64,000 nucleotides of DNA from Eledone cirrhosa. Its lineage: Eukaryota. This document shows positions 54,987 through 64,000 of the stretch, one piece after another; within the stretch, counting starts at the first letter, position 1; each line of letters opens with the position of its first letter. Position numbers and translations under genes: made by a program. Below the pieces are notes generated by a model. That model ran no database searches and was not told the origin of the DNA. It saw only the letters and a program-made list of their open reading frames with translations. The DNA is taken from assembly GCA_964016885.1 (NCBI GenBank), contig OZ024740.1:225370001-225434000 (forward strand). The letters are read 5' to 3'.

Positions 54987-55905
54987 TTATCATCATCTTC
55001 ATTCATTATACATGCTGGCATGGGTAAGATGTGATGTTTGTCACCACTGATTTCCTATTGCTTGCAGCCGTTTCTAATTTTAAAACATTCTTTATTATTT
55101 TTTATGTATATAAGAATGCTTTGAAGCATAGAGTTACGTCCCTTTATTATCTGAGTTCAAATCCCGCCGAGGTTAACTTTGCCTTTCATCCTTACGGGGT
55201 CGATAAAATAAAGTACCAGTAATGTACTGGGTAATTGCTGGCCTTGTGCCTCAAATAGAAACAATTATTAAATATAAGAAACCATTCTTCTTTAAGCATG
55301 CTACTTATTGCTGAAATATAGATTGTATTGTTTATGAGGGACATAAACAAATGTCACTAAAATAATTATTTGACTACATCTGTGTTGGTGTTTTGTAATC
55401 CAATTGGAATATTAAATTTGAATACTGAACAAAACCATTCAGCATTGATTGAAAACATAACATAATATTCATTATTAATAATGATGGATTATTTTGAAGT
55501 TTTGTAGGTACTGACCTTTAAACACAGTTTTGAGGGGTCATTGTCAGTGAAAACTAAAAGTCAGCAGTCACCATTAATAATAAATAAATAGATGTATACA
55601 TAAATGTATATAAAGCGGGTGTAAAAACGATGATGATATATGTGTATGTGTATATATATATGGAGCGTGTATGGTATGTGGAGTGTGTGTATGTATGTGC
55701 TTCTTCTCTGACGAAGTTTAACAAACCCACGCCGTGCTGAAATATCATGTCCATGTTGTAAGAATATGAATAAATCTCCTTATACAATACTTATAAATAT
55801 TGGATTCTTCCTCTTTTGTGGGCTACTACTACAATCACAAGATCAGAACATAATATAGATGTGTGTACATTTGTACATATGTATCTGTGTGTGTATATAT
55901 ATATT

Positions 55906-55950
<45 letters not shown>

Positions 55951-56333
55951 ATGTATGTATGCACATGCATGTATGTTTGTGGTTGTATGTTTATCTGTAC
56001 ATTCAATGCATATTTATAAGAATGATGTATATATATATATATTTTTATTTTTTAAAACTTTATGTGTGTCTGATGTTCTTCAATCTATGTTTATGTATAA
56101 GTGTTTATGTATAATGTGTTTATGTGTGTAAGTGTGTGATTGTGTAGAAGGTGACTTCTTGTAATGTGACTAGATATATTAGAAAACCAAATAACGTAAA
56201 AGTGAATGCCCTTTATGTGCAAATATATCACAGCATGCGAATATGTCTGTATCAGAGGAATAGGGCTCTGTTTAACACTGAGAGGTCATCATCAATCATG
56301 CGTGACTCACAGAAGTCTGAGATGGCAGGGGTG

Positions 56334-56457
56334 AAGAAGAAGAAGAAGAAGAAGAAGAAGAAGAAGAAGAAGAAGAAGAAGAAGAAGAAGAAGAAGAAGA
56401 AGAAGAAGAAGAAGAAGAAGAAGAAGAAGAAGAAGAAGAAGAAGAAGAAGAAGAAGA
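56334..56457. repeat. (AAG)n microsatellite, ~41 units
   Basis: Pure run. Confidence 0.98.
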
Positions 56458-56969
56458 TGTATGCGAACAACGGCAGGGTTTTCTTCACTGGATAGGGGCT
56501 AAACATAATAGTATTAACATCAGCTCTGGTCCTTTCACGTCTTACAATAATAAATAATAGTAAAGGTTCATTCATGAATACAAATGAGATGGCACTTCAG
56601 CCGATCTTTGTGGAAAGCAGTACAAACTTTTGCACCACTCTGTAACATAGGTACCTCCAACCACCTCATAAATATAGAGATATAAAAAAGAACTAAAATA
56701 AAAAAATGTATAAAAGGAAATAGGAAAACCCTCAACCAATACTAATCAGAATACATAAATTTCATAATGCATTCAGATATATACCCATGCATATATGAAT
56801 GCAAATAGACAGATAAATATGTACTGAGAATTGCAAAGGCAATCCATCTTAAGCGCTTCACAAACACTGGTGAACATGTTTGTAAATTTGTACAAGTAGG
56901 CATACATAAGGAGCAAACACGCACAAGCACAATTTTATCACACCTGCATACACACATACACACACACAT

Positions 56970-57013
<44 letters not shown>

Positions 57014-57222
57014 TATTTTGAGTTAGAAACTCAAAATAGTCTTTTACAATTAAATAGCTCAAGGAAGGGAATCTTTTCGAGCCGTGTAATACAATTGAAT
57101 ATATCGAGAAGACAGGCAAACCATATTGTTTTAAATTACTATTTTTCAACCTAGCTAACTTGGTCATTTACAATTCGAACACATGTATACTTGTATTGGT
57201 GTTCATCCCTCTCATATATTCA

Positions 57223-57302
<80 letters not shown>

Positions 57303-57311
57303 ATTAAATAA

Positions 57312-57620
57312 CAGGAATTTAAACTTCGCTATAATAACCACAAGAATTCTTTCACAGATCCAAGTAAAAAATCTTCAACGGCACTATCAGGCGTACTCTG
57401 GCAACTTAAGCTAGATAACGTTAGATATTCGACGGCTTGGAATATAGTCTCAAGAGGGATTCCTTTTAATTCATCCTCCGAGACATGTGACCTCTGCGCA
57501 GAGGAGATATTCTTTATACTAAAATCTAAAAATTCCCTTAACCTACGGACAAATTTATTCAGTTGTTGCAAACATAGATTAAACTCAACGTTTAAATATA
57601 AATTTAAATTTAAAATGTAG
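57312..57620 (+). mobile_element. Penelope-like element GIY-YIG endonuclease C-terminal fragment, open frame
   Basis: My translation (no ATG, so absent from the ORF track): QEFKLRYNNHKNSFTDPSKKSSTALSGVLWQLKLDNVRYSTAWNIVSRGIPFNSSSETCDLCAEEIFFILKSKNSLNLRTNLFSCCKHRL...*. It matches FK.RY.NH..SF / ST.LS...W.LK / C.LC..E / LN.R..L...C.H. Confidence 0.85.
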
Positions 57621-57979
57621 TATATTTAGTTTGATTTATATTTATATGGGAACTAGCCGATAAATTTTTGATTCCTAAATCTTTGATTCCCTCTTTTTAC
57701 TCTTTTTTTATTGTTTATTCTTATTTTATTTTTATCTAAACATTCCTCATGAAAAATTAAGCTACCCTAAAAGCTGATGCTCCAAATTTTTGAATTAACC
57801 TTACACTAGATAAACTTCTATATTAAATATAAAAACATATGTAGATCTAATTGGACATCATAATCTTTTTGAAATGTTCTTTGCTAGATGTGATTTGATA
57901 GATAATTTTTGGCTTTGTCTTGTAATGAACTTGGCAATATATTGTCAATTAACTTTGAAGAGTTGTTCTTTGTGGTTTA

Positions 57980-58092
57980 TTTATTTTTATTTTTATTTTT
58001 ATTTTTATTTTTATTTTTATTTTTATTTTTATTTTTATTTTTATTTTTATTTTTATTTTTATTTTTATTTTTATTTTTATTTTTATTTTTTA
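57980..58092. repeat. (TTTTTA)n hexanucleotide repeat
   Basis: Pure run, followed by a degenerate 16-17 bp tandem TAATAYGTAATATTTTT at 58140-58248. Confidence 0.95.
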
Positions 58093-59307
58093 ATATTGTA
58101 GTATTCTATAATATTTTTTTATTTTTATTTTATTTTAAAATTTTTTAATATCTTTAATATGTAAATTTTTAATACGTAATATTTTTTAATACGTAGTATT
58201 TTTAATATGTAATATTTTTACTATGTAATATTCTTTCGTAATATTTTTACTTATTATTATTATTGTTATCTTTATATTTTTAGTTTTGTTTATAATATAA
58301 TATATATTTTTATTAGTATATTGAAATCTGCTCTCTATTTCTGCTTGATAGATAATCTTGTAGAGTATTGACAGGAATAATAATACGCTCAAATTTGTAT
58401 ACCACATTGAGAATGTTTTCCGGTAACCTAGAGTTTGCGGAGTGAATCAGTTGGATTCGCATGGATGGTTGTAGCTGTCACATAAACATATGAATTTTTT
58501 AAAACTAAACATAAGATAATTAATTTTCACACATTATGGATACTTGTTTCATTCAGGAATACTGATATTTACAATATAGTGTAAGTTTTATAAATACTAA
58601 TACATTAAAACTTAGGGTTTTTTACACCTCGAATATGTCTGGCTATTTTTAAATTTTTTTCTCTCGCTATTTTTTCCTCTCTCTATATTTTTTTTTTTTT
58701 TTTTTTTCTCTATATATATCTCCCTTACATTAATACTTGAGCTAAATAAATAAATAAATAAATAAATGTATCATTGATACACTTACTCAAAATGACCTCC
58801 CACTACCTAATTTTCTATATATATATGTATCTATCTCTATTTCCTCTCTCTCTATATATATATATATCTCTTTCTGTTTCTTTACATGAAGCTCTTCGCT
58901 TTATCTATCTTTCCATCTCTCTATTTTGTTCCATGCATCTCTTCTTTTTCTTTTTCCTCTTTTTCTTCCTTTTCTTCGTTTTGTCTTTCTTTCTTTTTTC
59001 TCTCTTTCTGTCTCTCTGTATAAAATTTTCACTGCTAGCGTAAACCTCTTCAAATGAAGTCGGTGTTTATTACGGTATGTCGAATCTATTTATCTATAAA
59101 ACTGTTTATATTGTATTTTGTCTGATGAAGGCATAGCATATTGTTAATATGATATCCCCGAAATATATATAATGAAATAAATATGGTTTTATAAATATAG
59201 TTTTCCATTTATTTAATATTGTAAATATACTCCAAATATTTGTCGAGTGCTTTTATATCAGTTATAAATATTTACTAGTTGTAACCCAACAATTTTAAAT
59301 ATAACTT

Positions 59308-59351
<44 letters not shown>

Positions 59352-59430
59352 TGAGTGGGTATAGATACACATACACAATCTTTTATATATATATAATGTT
59401 TGTATGTATATATATATATATATATATATA

Positions 59431-59567
59431 GGAACGAGTAGGACCCCGACGGCTTGAGCTCAGCCGTCGGGGTCCTACTCGTTCCTATTACCCACTCTAC
59501 TACCCTAAGTATTGAGTACTTTGGTGCGTTATTGTCCATCTGGTTCCGTACCACATTTCCTTCTTCG

Positions 59568-59568
<1 letters not shown>
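59431..59568 (-). mobile_element. Unclassified hairpin-capped element in (TA)n, copy 2
   Basis: Perfect 27-bp arms 59428-59454 and 59462-59488 plus an 80-bp tail; TA repeats on both sides. Confidence 0.82.
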
Positions 59569-59637
<69 letters not shown>

Positions 59638-59645
59638 ACAATGTA

Positions 59646-59686
<41 letters not shown>

Positions 59687-59694
59687 ACAATGTA

Positions 59695-59779
<85 letters not shown>

Positions 59780-59999
59780 GGAAGTGTGTATGTATGTTTG
59801 GTCATAGAACAATGAAAAAGACAGAAGTCAGAGGTAGTTAATTGTTTTACGATCGTTTCAGACGGTCGATAATTTAGGAAAATTGATACGTCGATTTTCC
59901 GCAATCTCTGATAATGACAATAAATATAATAATGATAATGGAATTACTAATAATTTGATAAAATGATAATGTATTTCTTCAGACATTACTTACAACAAG

Positions 60000-60186
60000 G
60001 GCGGTGGATTGGCAGTATCGGTAGAGGGTCGGACGCCATGCTTTCCAGCATAGTTACGTCCCTTTACGATCTGAGTTCAAATCCCGCCAAGGTTGACTTT
60101 GCCTTTCATCCTTACGGGGTCGATAAAATAAACTACCAGTAATGCACTGGGTAATTGCTGGCCTTGTGCCTAATGTAGAAACAATT
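60000..60186 (+). mobile_element. Full-length SINE family A with 17-bp TSD
   Basis: ATTACTTACAACAAGGG at 59985-60001 and 60184-60200. Confidence 0.92.
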
Positions 60187-60832
60187 ACTTACAACAAGGG
60201 TGAATATGTGTGTGTGTGTGTGTAAAAATATATACACATATATATAACCATCCACTCCATATCTTTAAAAATATCCAGCACCTCTCCACACATCTGACGG
60301 AACTACCTCAGGACCTTACCCACGAACATACACTCACACATTTTTTTCGCACCACGCCCCCAACATCAACACCACATATAAACACAAACACACACGTGCG
60401 TACCGCCACATATACACAACCTCCGGAATCCACACGCCACCTCCCCCACCCTCTGACCTCTCTCCTTCCACAAGCACGCACGCACCATCTTACACCCCAC
60501 CCCACGTACACACCTTTTCCTGAACATGGAACCTCGTTCTTCCTCAAACTCTCACATACACACTCACACACACACGTACACCTACACACATACACAAACA
60601 CCACCTTCAGCCTTCCCCGCTTCGACCCCCCCCCCCCCGCCTCCCTCTCCCAACTCCACCCGCCACCACCCTTACACGCCTTACACCCTTCCACCACTTG
60701 TCCATCTTATTGTTTATTCTTATATTTACTTTTACATTTACGTTTATTTTTAACTTTATTTGTTCTCCTTCCCCCTTTTTTCTAAATGTATTTCCATACA
60801 CCCTCTGAACTCTCTTACCAACCTATTTACTC

Positions 60833-60860
60833 CTGAAGAAGGGCTTATGCCCGAAACGTC
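60833..60860 (+). ncRNA. Minimal hammerhead core in a Penelope-type terminal repeat
   Basis: CTGAAGA A GGGC TTAT GCCC GAAA CGTC. The stem I partner is not evident. AATAAA follows ~40 nt downstream. Degenerate relative at 32390-32421. Confidence 0.68.
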
Positions 60861-60947
60861 ACCCCCTTCCCCCACTCCACTCCCAAAAGGGTGAACCTAA
60901 TAAACCTTTATTTGTCTGCCTCTCTGTTTTGTTCCCGTATAAATTTG

Positions 60948-60983
<36 letters not shown>

Positions 60984-61266
60984 TCCTCATCATCATCATT
61001 TAACATCCATTCTCCATGCTAGCATGCGTTAGACGGGTTATTACAATCATCTTCTGCAGTTGGATTTCTACGTTTCAAATATATATATATATATATATAT
61101 AGTATTAGTTACACTATTTATGGTTATGTAAATACAAAACCTTATGCAGTTATAAGTATTTTTTATATATACACGCTAAATAGTGGTAGGCAGTAATGTA
61201 TTACTACCTTATTACCAGTAACTTAAGTAGCTCAATGTAAAGACATCAGATGATTTACAGAGCAGT

Positions 61267-61430
61267 TATATGAAATATAAGAATCAAAGAACTGTTTAAA
61301 ACATTATTGTGCTTACAGCTGTTTCCTAACTGTCCATGCATTAATAAATTGCTCCGAAGAATCCAAACCTCGGTTTGGAGGAAACAGCTGTAAGCACAAT
61401 AATGTTTTGAACAGTTCTTTGATTTCATAT
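61267..61430. repeat. Foldback (MITE-like) inverted repeat
   Basis: 46-bp arms 61282-61327 and 61379-61424 with one mismatch; internal hairpin TCCAAACC-TC-GGTTTGGA. Confidence 0.85.
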
Positions 61431-61996
61431 ATATATATATATATTTATAGAACCGCAACTGCTATAAACTAAATGTGTGCACTCTGAATGGCTGATCGCG
61501 ACTGTATTACTGCAGTTCGGCAATGAATACCTTTGTTTGAATTCAACTGCCAAATCACATGGTATAATCTGCGATAAAATTCTTCCTCTTTTAGAGGCAG
61601 GGTGTAAAATTAACAAGGACTACAGAATTCCATATCCTGTGGCAATGGCTAACACACACTGTATGGAACTATCGTATGACTTGGGCATCCTTTGCTGATG
61701 AGTGCAACAGCCCAGTTACGTAAGGGTCTGCACATATTACATGATTTTCATTGAGAATCTTTACCTGGATTTGTGAAGATATGTTGCACAGAAACGATAT
61801 AGTCCAAGGGATGAGAATTTCACCTTTCTCTCTACCTAAACAATGCCACTGCATTTGCTAATAACTAAATGTGTGCATTCTGAATGGCTGATTGCAACTG
61901 CATTACTGCAATTCAGTAAATTCATTGAGTGAGCTAGACACTGGCCGGATACTGTTGAATTAATACCAGCAATCTTCGATAATTTTATATAATATA

Positions 61997-62052
<56 letters not shown>

Positions 62053-62395
62053 AGGTTAAACAAGGTTCAATGAATAAATCAAAGAATAAAGAATAAAGTT
62101 TTACAGGAATGGTTTTCCGGAGTTATTAATAACGCACTCTCTGTATTATATGTAATTTTTTCATGTCCCAATCTTAAGGTATATAAATATTGAGTTTTGT
62201 CATATCTTATTCACTGCGATGACTGAATCTTAACCATCTACTTAGTCGGGGTATGTCATGCATCATCTTATTTTATCTGATGAGGACGTACTGTTGAAGA
62301 TAGCTCAGTACCTCTGACATATGTATAATAAAATATACTGGATCACACGAATGTCTATTTTTGTCAATATTTTGAATCAATATATATATATATAT

Positions 62396-62985
62396 ATTAG
62401 GATTGGTGCTCTGAAATAGCGATGTATACATGAATGCATGTATAGTATATTTGGCAATATACCGTATGTTTAATTAGAAACATTTTGAAGACCTTGCGCT
62501 ACTATTTTAAAGTAGTGACTATGTCACTTACTTCTTTTTTCGGCAAAGGAAGGGAGAGAAGTAAGTGACATAGTCACTACATTAAAGTGATAGCGCAAGG
62601 ACTTCAAAATGTTTTTAATTAAACTTACAGTATATTGCCAAATATACTATACATACAATCATGTATACATCGCTATTTCAGAGCACCAATCCTAATCTTT
62701 AATTTTTGCTGGACCGGCAATCGCTCTGTATAATCAGTTCTTGGTTATTACTGGAATTCTATAAGAATCCAGCCTCTATAATTTTCGGCAGAGGCAGGGA
62801 GTACGTTGCTCTGAGGAACACCAACACCAACAGTGTGAAACAGAATCTATCAGCTTCTCTCCCTTCCTTTGCCGAAAAAAGAAGTAAGTGACATAGTCAT
62901 TACTTTAAAATGATAGCGCAAGGTCTTCAAAATGTTTTTAATTAAACATACGGTATATTGCCAGATATACTATACATACATTCAT
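62396..62985. repeat. Three-armed foldback element between (TA)n tracts
   Basis: ~140-bp arms 62396-62535 and 62557-62696 around a 21-nt loop. 62854-62985 carries the loop inverted plus another arm copy. Confidence 0.88.
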
Positions 62986-63351
62986 ATATATATATTTATA
63001 TATATATATATGTAAATATATATATGCAAATATATTATAAAGAGCTTAGCCATCAATCACCGACTCTTTGTTATATAGCCATACTCTATTTATGACAAGT
63101 ATTGAGTACTCTATCTAAGTAGTTTTGTCTGGTTCTATTATTATATATATAAACTTATATATACATATTAGGTATTAAGTTCACAATGAAAATAATAACA
63201 AAAAAGTCAAGTTATTTTACCTATTCATATCACTGTTTTACGATTGTTTCGGAGGGTTGATCCTATTGACATATTGTCTGATCTATAGCAGTTAAATAAC
63301 TGTATACTATCAGACCTCATATATAGGTTCGATCAGACTGTTTCCTTCAGA

Positions 63352-63468
<117 letters not shown>

Positions 63469-64000
63469 AGTGTAATTTTCTACACAAAACGAAGGTTATA
63501 GAGAAAATTGAGGTTGGTAATGGCACATGGAATATATAAGAGACAGAATACTTTTTTGTGAAAAAACATATAATTTTATAGGTAAGGAAATAATAAAGGG
63601 TATAAAAAATGACCGGTTTCGATGGGTCTGCAAAAGCCATCTTTTCAAATGTTGATTAATATTAAGAAAAATTAATAATACGAAGAGTTAAAATTTGAGA
63701 TTTGAAAATTCAAGTATAAAATTCATTGTGGGATTTCATAGTAGTTTTCATCTAGGTAGCAACAACAGGTTGACTGCTGTGTCCCTTTCTGGTAGTGAAT
63801 GAGAAGTTATTTGGGGTGTGGGTTATTTTATAAAGGTCAGATTTAGCAATGGCCAACTGGCCAGCTGCTGGTCAGTGAGGGGGTCGAAGCAATATACATA
63901 CACATATCTTCCTGTGGTGGGTAGGAGAGTGGAGCGTGTTAGAAAGGGATTTAGTGCATTTACACCTATATATACACACATACCTTCATCCACACATACA

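Noticed and set aside
56151-56575. Poly-Lys and poly-Phe ORFs
   Set aside because: Produced by the (AAG)n tract; the flanking peptides have no recognisable motif.
57329-57571. 80-aa minus-strand ORF
   Set aside because: Antisense shadow of the plus-strand Penelope GIY-YIG frame.
58186-58407. KIIYQAEIE as a GIY-YIG N-terminal motif
   Set aside because: No YIG motif or upstream Cys cluster, and the sequence is extremely AT-rich; too weak to call.
61696-61740. Hammerhead candidate CTGATGA-GTGCA...TGCAC
   Set aside because: Stem II is followed by ATAT rather than GAAA, and stems I and III cannot be formed.

Overview
AT-rich, microsatellite-saturated eukaryotic DNA with no bacterial features. 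The repeat content (tRNA-derived SINEs including CORE-type, RTE 3' ends with (CAT)n tails, Penelope-like remnants) points to a coleoid cephalopod, most likely an octopus; this is inference. No complete protein-coding gene can be supported: nearly all listed ORFs are simple-repeat read-throughs or transposon relics, so the window is probably intronic or intergenic. Recognisable content: a long decayed R4/Dong-like LINE, an RTE LINE with a precise twin-priming inversion, two CRE-clade endonuclease fragments, Penelope-like RT and GIY-YIG fragments, non-autonomous Helitrons, a TA-TSD MITE, many SINEs and about nine hammerhead-ribozyme-like motifs, one of which looks intact. The most unusual signal is a set of small elements in (TA)n tracts made of one long palindrome plus a short tail. 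Their hairpin loops occur in both flip and flop orientations, and they fit no transposon class I can name from structure alone. Boundaries of degenerate repeats are approximate.
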